The notes under the pieces were generated by a model that made no database searches, was not told where the DNA came from, and saw nothing but the letters and a program-made list of their open reading frames with translations. Below, one piece after another: positions 1-8,001 of a stretch of 32,000 nucleotides of DNA. The stretch is from contig NC_003364.1 in assembly GCF_000007225.1 (NCBI RefSeq), positions 1,950,001 through 1,982,000 on the forward strand. The letters are read 5' to 3'. Origin of the DNA: Pyrobaculum aerophilum str. IM2. Its GTDB lineage: Archaea > Thermoproteota > Thermoprotei > Thermoproteales > Thermoproteaceae. Each line of letters begins with the position of its first letter. Within the stretch, counting starts at the first letter, position 1. The translations under genes and the position numbers were made by a program.

Positions 1-1462
1 GCAAGGCTTGGGAGTAGAGAATCTCCGCGAATTTTTCCAAGCACGCCGCAGGCGCCCTCCGCGCGTCTATTAACGCTAATTGCGTTAAGAGCTCCCGCCC
101 GCTCGCGTCTTCACAACGGATTAATTGCGGCGTTGGGAACTCCAAAGTTATTCTCTTCGGCGCTACGCCTAACGCCTCTATTACTGCCCGCGAGGGTGCT
201 CCTCCGTAACAGAGGTACTGCCCTATTGGCTGGGCGCAGAAGTCGTATTCGCCCAGCGCAATTGATGCCATAGCCTTAGCCAGCTCAAGCGCCAGCTCTG
301 GACGGATAGCCAACAAGCCCTTATACACAATCCTAAGCCTTTGAGCTGAGCTATCGGCTTGTGTTAAACATGGGTTTTCTGCTAGAGTAAGCCCAAGGGC
401 CTCTTTGACGATGCTCTCTTTAGGAGATACGGCCCATCTTACGGCATATGCTACCTCCTCCCTCGGCCTGTACAGCTCCCTAAGCTCTTCCAACACCTCC
501 TCCCTTACCCCTGTATCTGTAGTTAATTTACTGAGTATAGAAAGTCTTCGCGCGATGTATTCTACTTGGGCCAGCGGGTAGGCGATGTCGATGGGGAGGT
601 GTTGCCCTTCTAAACTAAGCGTTAGGGGGGTTGACACCGCCTTTGCCGCTTGACAAGTTGGGAAGAATAACTCGCGATACAGATCGTAGTATATTTTTGA
701 AAGGCCCTTTAAAGTCTCTTTATACAGCTCCTCAGCCTTATACGGCGCACACCTCCTGCGCGCATAAAGCCTCCCGCCGTGGGCGGCGAGGGCGAAAACC
801 CCACTTGCGTCTTTATGCCTCTCTAGTACATACTCAACGAACTGGCTAGGGGCGCTTTTCCTACAGCCGAGGGCTGAGGCGTGTGAGGAAAAGACCTCCT
901 CCAAGACTTGCCGTAAGTTAATGCGGTTGAGGTACTCTGAGATGTCTAATATCTTCATGTTTCTCTCCACCAGCTCCTTACAGGGGGAAAAGCTGAATAA
1001 GTCGCGGGGCAGTACTAAAAGCGTGGGAATGTCGCGGGTGTTTAAATACATCGCGCGGTCAATTACATATTTACACTTACGCGCCCATTGCGCCCCAAGC
1101 TCCCCCCTCGGGACGAGGGGGTTGTCGTAAAAGGAAATGCCCAACGGATCGTAGAAGCCTAAGGCATTAGGCACCTCGTGTAACATCTCAAGCAGGCTGT
1201 CAAAGGTAATTACATCAACGCCTAGATCTAACACGGCGTAATATTCGCCGACGAATCGCGCCGCTATATATCTAGCCAATACCGACTTACCTGCACCGTG
1301 AGGCCCTATGAGCGCCACTGAATTTCCGGCCTTTAGCGTGGCGGTAATGCGTGTTTCCAGCTCGCTAAACCAATTGACCAGCTTGGCCTTATAGCCGTCT
1401 GTAATGTTAAGAACATAATATTCATCGGCCTCTCTCGCAATCCCTAAAAGAGAAGTGGACAC
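1..1462 (-). CDS. P-loop NTPase of unknown function; 3' end runs off the left edge of the window
   Basis: It is absent from the ORF track because it has no stop codon in the window. My hand translation of the minus strand is open from 1462 down to base 1 (more than 480 codons). Walker A GPHGAGKS is encoded at about 1283-1306, and a possible Walker B LLVLPRD lies downstream. The first usable start is GTG at 1462, about 23 nt from the TATA-like atatataaat at 1481-1490. Confidence 0.6.
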   Translation of the reverse strand, partial: MSTSLLGIAREADEYYVLNITDGYKAKLVNWFSELETRITATLKAGNSVALIGPHGAGKSVLARYIAARFVGEYYAVLDLGVDVITFDSLLEMLHEVPNALGFYDPLGISFYDNPLVPRGELGAQWARKCKYVIDRAMYLNTRDIPTLLVLPRDLFSFSPCKELVERNMKILDISEYLNRINLRQVLEEVFSSHASALGCRKSAPSQFVEYVLERHKDASGVFALAAHGGRLYARRRCAPYKAEELYKETLKGLSKIYYDLYRELFFPTCQAAKAVSTPLTLSLEGQHLPIDIAYPLAQVEYIARRLSILSKLTTDTGVREEVLEELRELYRPREEVAYAVRWAVSPKESIVKEALGLTLAENPCLTQADSSAQRLRIVYKGLLAIRPELALELAKAMASIALGEYDFCAQPIGQYLCYGGAPSRAVIEALGVAPKRITLEFPTPQLIRCEDASGRELLTQLALIDARRAPAACLEKFAEILYSQAL

Positions 1463-1480
1463 GTGAGCTACCAGTTACAA

Positions 1481-1490
1481 ATATATAAAT
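1481..1490. promoter_or_regulatory. Shared TATA element for the divergent leaderless genes at 1462(-) and 1510(+)
   Basis: The element atatataaat is centred about 23 nt from GTG 1462 (minus) and about 25 nt from ATG 1510 (plus). Confidence 0.5.
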
Positions 1491-1509
1491 TCCCTCGTTT
1501 CTTCCAGCC

Positions 1510-1671
1510 ATGCCCATTACCCTAGATCCGGAAAAACTAGCGATAGTAATGAAACACCGCTTCCAGTACAAAATCTGCAGGGAGTGCGGCGCAAAAAACC
1601 CGCCCGATGCCGTGAAATGCCGCCGTTGCCGCTCGCGGAATTTAAGGCCGAAACGATTTAGAAAGAAGTAG
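1510..1671 (+). CDS. rpl40e: 50S ribosomal protein L40e
   Basis: This 53-aa ORF falls below the ORF-track size cutoff. My hand translation is [53 protein letters not shown]. It has a CxxC...CxxC zinc ribbon and a basic tail, as is typical of archaeal L40e. ATG lies 25 nt from the TATA. The 86-aa minus-strand track ORF 1422..1682 overlaps it and looks spurious. Confidence 0.85.
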   Translation: MPITLDPEKLAIVMKHRFQYKICRECGAKNPPDAVKCRRCRSRNLRPKRFRKK

Positions 1672-1750
1672 TAAACCGCCAAAGGGGATTCTCCCCTCTA
1701 GGCGCCGTCACCAACTCGGGCTTATACGCTGTTTTGAGAAGCGCGGCTTT

Positions 1751-1776
1751 GGCGAAAAATAACGTCTTTTGTCGCC
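1751..1776. terminator. Possible bidirectional terminator hairpin between convergent rpl40e and the endonuclease IV-like gene
   Basis: GGCGAAAA(A)-taacgtc-TTTT(g)TCGCC forms a stem of about 9 bp with one bulge. It carries T4 on the plus strand and T5 on the minus strand (tatttttcgcc). A second perfect hairpin, AGGGGA-ttc-TCCCCT, lies at 1683-1697, just after the rpl40e stop. Confidence 0.3.
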
Positions 1777-1860
1777 TTTACTCTCCCGCTCTAGACGCTT
1801 CTATACGCACTTTTGTGGAGTCCTAGCCGTTCGCGACGAGGGGAGTAAGGCTGAAAACCG

Positions 1861-2688
1861 CTATGCCAAGTTTACGCCGACTTGCTCTAAAATTTCTTTC
1901 ATTAAGAGCGCGTCCTTTTCTAATAAGGGAGATTCGCAGATTAGCGTTATTGTAATATCTCTATTTTTCAACTCCCTAGCCAGCGGTTCAAAGGGGGGCA
2001 TGTTTCGCTCAATCGGCTCGTGTTCATCGACGAACTTGCCGTTTCTGTAGCGGACTGAAGTGAAGTGAGTGTGCATATGGGCGTTGCCAAATTCCCGGGC
2101 CCAGAGATCTAAAATCTCGCCGTAGTTAATTGACCCGTTGTTCCTGGCGTATAAATGTCCCCAGTCAATGACGGGCACAACAAAGGAGAGCTCTTTGCCT
2201 AATCTAAACGCCTCTTCCACGCTCCCAAACTGATTAGTACGCGCCGTAATTTCCACGCCGATGTAAACCCCCGATCCTATCCCCGACTCCTTATACGCCT
2301 TTTCCAACTCCTCCTTTACTTTTTCATAACACCTCTCAGGGCCTAATTTCCCATAATACGCTGCGTGTACCACCACCACCCAAGCCCCCATGTAATAAGC
2401 CCTGTCCAGGGAGTCCACGAGCCTTTGCCGCGACTTCTCCACCTTATCCGCCTCCTCTGAGCAGAGATTTATAAAATACGGCGCGTGGACTGAGAGTTTT
2501 ACCTGATAATCTTGCGCGGCCTTGCCCACTTGCTTCGCCAGCTCTCTAGACATCCTGACCCCCTGCACGAACTCCACCTCCATGGCGTTTAGTCCTAACT
2601 CTCTCACAACTTTTACTGCGTCTAGCGTAGACTTGGCCTTTACGACGAATTGAGGAATGCCGGCAGGCCCCAGATATACCTTTGCCAT
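1861..2688 (-). CDS. nfo: Endonuclease IV-like AP endonuclease (xylose isomerase-like TIM barrel, AP endonuclease family 2)
   Basis: The 275-aa length is right for the family. The SVHAPYFINLCS motif resembles the endonuclease IV HAPYLINLA signature, and His/Asp/Glu metal ligands are spread along the sequence (HAAYYG, WGHLYAR, HMHTHF). The minus-strand TATA ttttataaatat (2706-2718) lies about 24 nt upstream of ATG 2688. Confidence 0.7.
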   Translation of the reverse strand: MAKVYLGPAGIPQFVVKAKSTLDAVKVVRELGLNAMEVEFVQGVRMSRELAKQVGKAAQDYQVKLSVHAPYFINLCSEEADKVEKSRQRLVDSLDRAYYMGAWVVVVHAAYYGKLGPERCYEKVKEELEKAYKESGIGSGVYIGVEITARTNQFGSVEEAFRLGKELSFVVPVIDWGHLYARNNGSINYGEILDLWAREFGNAHMHTHFTSVRYRNGKFVDEHEPIERNMPPFEPLARELKNRDITITLICESPLLEKDALLMKEILEQVGVNLA

Positions 2689-2862
2689 GTTAAAAACTCC
2701 GACAGATATTTATAAAAGAACGGCGGTCTTCAACAGCCCCGGAACGCCGTCTTGACACACGCCGGCATGCGACATTTAAGCGCCTAGCTTTGTCAAGAGG
2801 GTTGTCGGCCGAGTCCGTTAAAATTGGGAGCTATAAATAAAAAATGCCGCGTCGTATTTCAC

Positions 2863-4707
2863 GTGAAAAAGGTCGTAACGGCTTTTGACCTATTGGCGTC
2901 TGTAGTAGAGATGTCGGGCTTAGCCGGAAACAAATTAGAAAATGTGTACAGGACGGGGGCTGGGTTTTTGTTCAAATTCGCCGGGGGTTATATAAGCGCT
3001 ACTAAGTATAGAATTTCTCTGACCTCCGTCATACCTGAGAAGACTCATGAGGGGGCCGAGACCCTGAGGGGGCTTTTCCGCGACGATAGACTAGCGGAGG
3101 TCGTCATGCCCCGATTCGACAGAATAGCCGAGTTGGTATTTGGCAGTGGGAAAATTATAGTGGAGCTTCTAGAGCCTTTCAACATGGTTGCTGTGAGGGA
3201 TGGAAAAGTGGTGTGGCTTCTGCACAGCTACCGCGGCAAGGACAGAGTCATAAGCCCCGGCGCAATGTACGCCTACCCGCCGGCCGTATTTGTAGATGTG
3301 TTAAAAGCCGATGTCGACGAGCTCCAAAAGGCTATTGACCCGGGGGATCTCAGGCGTAGTTTAATTAGGCGTTTAGGCACAGGGCCTGAGCTGGCAGACG
3401 AGTTAATTGTACGTGCAGGCACGTCGCCAAGGGCCATAGCTGAGGAGTTCAAGGCGCTGGTGGAAAAAGTGCGTTTAGGCAAAATAGAGCCCACTGTGTG
3501 TGTAAAAGACGGCGTGCCTATTACAGTAATGCCAATTAAACCGCTCTCTTTAAAATGCGACGAGTATAAACAGTTTAACGCCTTCTGGGAAGCCTTAGAC
3601 TTCTACTTTGCGCCTATGGAGTTAGAGTCAGCCGCAATTCAAACGACTCAGGAGCTGGCGCAGAGGCGCAAGAGGCTTGAGGCGTCTATAAGAGAGCTTG
3701 AAAACAAAATACCTGAGTACAGAGAGGAGGCCGCGAAGTTAAAAACGCTGGCGCACAAACTCCTTATGTATAAACTCGAAATAGAAGAGGCTCTGAAGGG
3801 CATGGAGACTAGTATACGTGTAGTAAACGTAGACGCCACTAGGATTAAAATAGAGCTCCCAGAAGGCGAACAAGTTGAGCTTAGAAAAGGGGTATCAATA
3901 GGTAAACAGATATCGCAACTTTTCGATGAGGCAAAAGAGCTGGAGGAGAAGGCGCAGAAGGCGGCTCAAGTGCTTGAAAAACTCAAAAAAGACCTGTCAA
4001 AACTTGATGAGGAGCAACGCCGCGCCGAGGAGAAGCTAAAGAGCTCTGTTAAAATAGCGACGAAAAAGAGCTGGTTTGAGAAATTCCACTGGACTGTGAC
4101 CACGGGGAGGAAGCCCGTTATAGGAGGCAGAGACGCCTCTCAAAACGAAGTGGTGGTGAAGAAGTACCTCAAAGAGCATTACCTCTTCTTCCACGCCGAC
4201 ATACCCGGAGCGTCGGCGGTGGTGGCTCCCCCCTCCGAAGATCCCCTAGAGTTGTTACAAATAGCCCAGTTCGCTGCGGCTTACAGCAAGGCGTGGAAAA
4301 TCGGCATACACGCTGTGGATGTATATTATGTGAAGGGGGTCCAGGTTACTAAACAGCCCCCTTCAGGGCAGTATCTAGCAAGGGGCTCTTTCATGATATA
4401 CGGGAAGAGGGAATACGTGAGAAACGTACGCCTTGAGCTGGCAGTGGGCTGTAGAAAAGACGGCGAAGCGTACAGAGTTGTGGCCGCGCCGCCTAAGTCG
4501 GCCCATTTACTAGCAGAGAAATACGTAGTTGTAACGCCCGGCAATAAAGAAAAGGGAAAGCTCGGCAAAGAGCTGGCCCAGGAATGGGGAGGTTGCGCTG
4601 TAGAAGACGTCGTGGCGGCGTTGCCGGGGCCCTCAAGAGTTTCAGAGGAGGGCCGCGGAAGTCCGCTACCGTGGGATGAAGTGGAGCGAATTTTCGCAAC
4701 GTGGTGA
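2863..4707 (+). CDS. NFACT-family protein (archaeal Rqc2/NEMF/FbpA homologue, ribosome quality control)
   Basis: The N-terminus is NFACT-N-like (AFDLLASVVEMSGLAGNKLENVY). A long coiled-coil middle region is rich in E/K/L. The C-terminal DUF814/NFACT-R signature is GGRDASQNEVVVKKYLKEHYLFFHADIPGASAVV. The track start is TTG 2824, but GTG 2863 sits about 25 nt after the TATA ctataaataaaaaa (2831-2844) and is preferred. Confidence 0.8.
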   Translation: MKKVVTAFDLLASVVEMSGLAGNKLENVYRTGAGFLFKFAGGYISATKYRISLTSVIPEKTHEGAETLRGLFRDDRLAEVVMPRFDRIAELVFGSGKIIVELLEPFNMVAVRDGKVVWLLHSYRGKDRVISPGAMYAYPPAVFVDVLKADVDELQKAIDPGDLRRSLIRRLGTGPELADELIVRAGTSPRAIAEEFKALVEKVRLGKIEPTVCVKDGVPITVMPIKPLSLKCDEYKQFNAFWEALDFYFAPMELESAAIQTTQELAQRRKRLEASIRELENKIPEYREEAAKLKTLAHKLLMYKLEIEEALKGMETSIRVVNVDATRIKIELPEGEQVELRKGVSIGKQISQLFDEAKELEEKAQKAAQVLEKLKKDLSKLDEEQRRAEEKLKSSVKIATKKSWFEKFHWTVTTGRKPVIGGRDASQNEVVVKKYLKEHYLFFHADIPGASAVVAPPSEDPLELLQIAQFAAAYSKAWKIGIHAVDVYYVKGVQVTKQPPSGQYLARGSFMIYGKREYVRNVRLELAVGCRKDGEAYRVVAAPPKSAHLLAEKYVVVTPGNKEKGKLGKELAQEWGGCAVEDVVAALPGPSRVSEEGRGSPLPWDEVERIFATW

Positions 4708-4711
4708 GCTT

Positions 4712-4747
4712 GCTCGGCCCCGTCCCCGGGGACGCTCGGGGAGAGCG
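4712..4747. other. GC-rich palindromic or hairpin element between convergent genes
   Basis: A perfect 12-nt palindrome GTCCCCGGGGAC lies at 4722-4733. It is flanked by ctcggcccc / ctcgggga, giving an imperfect extended stem. It starts 5 nt after the NFACT stop codon. Confidence 0.3.
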
Positions 4748-4763
4748 GGGGATATGGTGAGCC

Positions 4764-5288
4764 TTACCTCTCGCGTTTCCTGAACAACTTCCTCATTACG
4801 ACACATGATGCGTAAAGAGTAGAGGAATCTAGGGCTGTTATTAGGGGCACATTCCACCTCTCGTAGACGTCAAAGCCGACGTGAAGAGCTGACATCACAA
4901 AACCTCCAGAAAGCCAGTTTAAAAGCGCCATCAGAGCTAAGTGTAACCAAAGAGATCCTACAACAAAGAAGAAGCCCCAGAGCCAGCCGTAGATTCTTGA
5001 CGCCGCATATACTAGTAGTACCAGATACACAAGGGGGGAGAGGGCATACCAGAGATAAAGAGGCTGGGCCAGAGGCGCCAGGGCAAGCGGCAATGCCGCC
5101 AGCCCGGCGGCTACCGTTAGGCCGCGGGTAAGCACTAAAAAAGACAAGAAGAATAACGTCCACAAAAAGGCCAGCCCAGAAATAAACAAAGCCACCAACG
5201 GGGACCAAGGCCAGAAAAACCAAAGCGAAGAATATGAGATTAGCACGAAGAGGAGAAAAACAGATAATTTACTCATGGTTTTTGGCAC
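4764..5288 (-). CDS. Polytopic membrane protein, unknown function
   Basis: The 174-aa protein is almost entirely hydrophobic, with four or five predicted TM helices (for example VFLLFVLISYSSLWFFWPW and GLTVAAGLAALPLALAPLA), and has a basic C-terminal tail RKLFRKRER. It begins 12 nt after the stop of the upstream 718-aa gene, so the two are probably co-transcribed. Confidence 0.6.
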   Translation of the reverse strand: MPKTMSKLSVFLLFVLISYSSLWFFWPWSPLVALFISGLAFLWTLFFLSFLVLTRGLTVAAGLAALPLALAPLAQPLYLWYALSPLVYLVLLVYAASRIYGWLWGFFFVVGSLWLHLALMALLNWLSGGFVMSALHVGFDVYERWNVPLITALDSSTLYASCVVMRKLFRKRER

Positions 5289-5299
5289 TGATTGGCGTC

Positions 5300-7456
5300 T
5301 TATCTGTATATCTCTGTATCCTGCGTCTGTCCTCTAAACATCCAATTCTTTACAGTTGCATGAAGCTGTGCACCGTAGTTAGAGTCAGGTTGCACGTACG
5401 CCTTAAAATTAGGCTGAGCACAAAATCCATCTAGACAAACTTGTTTAACCACAAGCTCTGTTGGCTGGATTCTGCCTGTTAGAGATGGGATCTTCAACGG
5501 AGCGACAATAGTATCGGAGTCTATATTAGTTCCCCACCCCCTCTGGTATTCAATTTTTATGTTGTAGTTATCTAGCTGTGTCACTTTAACGACATCGCCT
5601 GCACTCTGCAAGCCTTGACCTATGGCAAACGATAGTAAAGTCCACCACCCTCCTCCGATGCCCACTAACCCTAGTATAAAATCAATGGCGTCTTTAACTC
5701 TCTGGGCTATTTCAACCCACTGAGGTGGAGTCATAGACACATACGTGCCTGGCGCCAAATACCCCTCAGAAGTAACTTCGGAGCCGCTCAGATCGATGTT
5801 AGGAGAGTATAAATATAATTCCGCCTTTTTTATATATACAACTTGGTTAAGCCCGGGATAGACAAATTTGCCGGAGATAGTAAGCACTACTCTACCAATC
5901 CATTGGCCTGGGGAGTTTGTCCTGACAGTGACTAAGCCGTGATATATGCCTGGGGCGGTAGAGGGCTCAGTGGGAGCTGCGTACAACTCGTAAGCAGAGG
6001 AGAGAAACGGCTTCAGCCAAGCGCCGTCGATTGCGTCTGGCCTTGTTTTCCACTGCTCTGCCCACCTCCAGTACCTAAAGGCGTCTGCGTCGCTTAAGTG
6101 TATCTGTCTTACATACGGCGTTGAGCCGTCTGTATACTTGATGTCTAAGACCCAAGCAAGCCCGCCAGCAAAGGCCTTAGCGTAGGAATATTCGGTTTGG
6201 AATGCCGATTGGCTAACGCTGGGAAGGACTACGTTATATATACATACCAGGCCGTTGTAATTTCCTCTGTAGGTGGAAGTCCCGCTTGAAGATAGGCCAT
6301 TGATTCTAAATTGAATTGACATATCTTTACATGCGCCGTTGACGGGATCTGTGGATATTGTGAGGGATAAGGCAGAGGAGAAAGTCCCGGCTACATAGCC
6401 GTCATATGCTATATAAGGACCTATGACTAAACGCCCTACGTAGTTATTGACAGAGTAGCCGCTGGCGCCAGTAGTTCTAGCTACAAACTCTCCTATTTCA
6501 AAGCCATATCTGTAAGTCCTAGTATACAAAACAGAGCCGTTTATGCCGACTTTTGGTTGTCCGCTGAAATACTTCACATTTAAATATACAAATACAGCTA
6601 ACTGGTCGACGCTATTGGTAGGATTGACGAGATCTACCCAGTATCTAGTTTTATTCGCTAATATAAAACTGCGACTCCCTATATAAATACATTGATCGTT
6701 TACTATCTTATATACTTCTATTATTAAATCTGCGCTGACAGTCCCGCCCGTAATTAATGTGCCCAGCACAAGGCTTCTGGCATCATAACCGACATAAACG
6801 GCCGTTGGCAGATTTGAACATGGGCCTACAGTGCCGTATCTAGGTATAATAATAGATCCCGTCCGGGACACGACGACAGGCGCGAAGTAAAGCCCGCCGT
6901 ATACGTCTAGCATGGAGCCGAGGCTCGGCATAGCGGTTTGCGCTGTGATAGATATCGGCGTGTCTAATGTTGCGGCTTCCGCTGGGCCCCTCTCTTTTAC
7001 TCTCCGCAACTCGGCCTTGCCCCGGAACTCCGGTTCAAAACCCAGCTGCCTTAAGATATGCAACGCCTCCTCTTTACTGCGCGCCGTGATATCCACAATT
7101 CCCTTATCAGGCTTCCTAAACACTACGGGAAATACTCCGTCTGGAGTTCTTAAAAACGCCTCAGCTTTGGCGTTTGGACTGGGCCGCGCGTCTGCGGGTA
7201 TGGCTAGTAGAAAGTGAGTTCTATCATAAACCGGCACCTCGGCAGTTTTGTTTGTAAAGAGAATTAAACCGATCTCAACGTCCCTAGGCACTAACACCAC
7301 GATGACTTGTTCTCCCAGTCTCCAAGACATGCCCGGCACATGCGGAATCTTCTCGTGAGATAAAGCTATATCGCTTTCAACCTCATAGACATATATTTTC
7401 TGCGCCACCACTAGCAGTGAGATTAGTAACACAAAAAGCCATCTGTGGGAGCTCAT
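5300..7456 (-). CDS. Large secreted or surface protein, unknown function (signal peptide, Tyr/Gly/Ser/Thr/Val-rich)
   Basis: The 718-aa protein has an N-terminal signal-like segment MSSHRWLFVLLISLLVVAQ and several N-x-S/T sequons. One late hydrophobic, Gly-rich segment is AIDFILGLVGIGGGWWTLLSFAIGQGL. The C-terminal part contains Cys (CLDGFC). I recognise no catalytic motif. ATG 7456 is 24 nt from the shared TATA at 7474-7485. Confidence 0.7.
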   Translation of the reverse strand: MSSHRWLFVLLISLLVVAQKIYVYEVESDIALSHEKIPHVPGMSWRLGEQVIVVLVPRDVEIGLILFTNKTAEVPVYDRTHFLLAIPADARPSPNAKAEAFLRTPDGVFPVVFRKPDKGIVDITARSKEEALHILRQLGFEPEFRGKAELRRVKERGPAEAATLDTPISITAQTAMPSLGSMLDVYGGLYFAPVVVSRTGSIIIPRYGTVGPCSNLPTAVYVGYDARSLVLGTLITGGTVSADLIIEVYKIVNDQCIYIGSRSFILANKTRYWVDLVNPTNSVDQLAVFVYLNVKYFSGQPKVGINGSVLYTRTYRYGFEIGEFVARTTGASGYSVNNYVGRLVIGPYIAYDGYVAGTFSSALSLTISTDPVNGACKDMSIQFRINGLSSSGTSTYRGNYNGLVCIYNVVLPSVSQSAFQTEYSYAKAFAGGLAWVLDIKYTDGSTPYVRQIHLSDADAFRYWRWAEQWKTRPDAIDGAWLKPFLSSAYELYAAPTEPSTAPGIYHGLVTVRTNSPGQWIGRVVLTISGKFVYPGLNQVVYIKKAELYLYSPNIDLSGSEVTSEGYLAPGTYVSMTPPQWVEIAQRVKDAIDFILGLVGIGGGWWTLLSFAIGQGLQSAGDVVKVTQLDNYNIKIEYQRGWGTNIDSDTIVAPLKIPSLTGRIQPTELVVKQVCLDGFCAQPNFKAYVQPDSNYGAQLHATVKNWMFRGQTQDTEIYR

Positions 7457-7473
7457 GTACTCAAAAAAAAGAG

Positions 7474-7485
7474 TTTAAAAATATT
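7474..7485. promoter_or_regulatory. Near-palindromic shared TATA element for the divergent genes at 7456(-) and 7504(+)
   Basis: The element tttaaaaatatt is centred about 24 nt from ATG 7456 (minus) and about 24 nt from GTG 7504 (plus). Confidence 0.5.
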
Positions 7486-7503
7486 ACCACAGCGAATCTA
7501 TCC

Positions 7504-8001
7504 GTGAAGGCCGACGCCGAGTGTAAGGAGATAAGCGATACGGCCTTTTACTGCATATATGTAGACGCCATGCTGGGCTGGCTCGCCCGGATGCTCCGAA
7601 TACTATTTGGGGCCGAGGTCTTCTACAGCTCGTCTATAGGAGATTCCCAACTTTTAAAGACCAACTGTTTGGTGGTCACAAGAGACGAGGAGTTATTTAG
7701 ACAAAGACGGGGCCCTACTATACTCCTGAAAACAGACGACCACGTGAAGTGGATTGCGGTTTTCCTACGGCTTGGGATGAGGCCCTTTGAGAAGACGCGA
7801 TGTCCGGAGTGCGGGGGCGAGTTAATAAAGATCAGTTGCGGTGAGGCTGAGGCCGCAGTCGGCCACGCAATTCAAAGCGCCGAGTGCTGGCGATGTGTAA
7901 ATTGCGGCAAATATTACTGGGTCGGCTCCCACTGGCGCAGACTGAGGCAGTTGGTCAGAGAGGCGGAGGAGGTCAGAGCCGAATGTCTGGGCACCGGTTA
8001 A
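7504..8001 (+). CDS. Mut7-C RNase domain protein (DUF82/PF01927-like, PIN-like fold plus zinc ribbon)
   Basis: DAMLGWLARMLRILG matches the characteristic N-terminal D-x-M-L-G-x-L-A-R-x-L-R motif. The C-terminal zinc ribbon is CPECGG...CWRCVNCGKYYW. The track start 7417 lies inside the upstream gene's promoter region; the in-frame GTG 7504 fits the TATA spacing. Confidence 0.7.
   Translation: MKADAECKEISDTAFYCIYVDAMLGWLARMLRILFGAEVFYSSSIGDSQLLKTNCLVVTRDEELFRQRRGPTILLKTDDHVKWIAVFLRLGMRPFEKTRCPECGGELIKISCGEAEAAVGHAIQSAECWRCVNCGKYYWVGSHWRRLRQLVREAEEVRAECLGTG

Noticed and set aside
1422-1682. An 86-aa minus-strand ORF covering the rpl40e locus.
   Set aside because: The plus strand encodes an unmistakable L40e zinc-ribbon protein with correct TATA spacing. 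The minus-strand translation has no features and runs through the shared promoter.
2751-2797. An 8-bp inverted repeat TCTTGACA...TGTCAAGA with a 33-nt spacer, between the endonuclease IV-like and NFACT promoters.
   Set aside because: It is short enough to arise by chance in a 170-nt region, and I saw no second copy elsewhere in the window. It is not strong enough to call an operator.
4084-4093. The sequence TTCCACTGGA, whose reverse complement TCCAGTGGAA matches my recollection of the crenarchaeal origin-recognition-box (ORB) core, plus CCAGTGGA at about 21315-21322.
   Set aside because: The first is a single copy inside the NFACT coding sequence (KFHWT), and the second is an isolated 8-mer in the Pelota promoter. 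There are no inverted pairs flanking an A/T-rich unwinding element and no adjacent orc1/cdc6. Both are consistent with chance.
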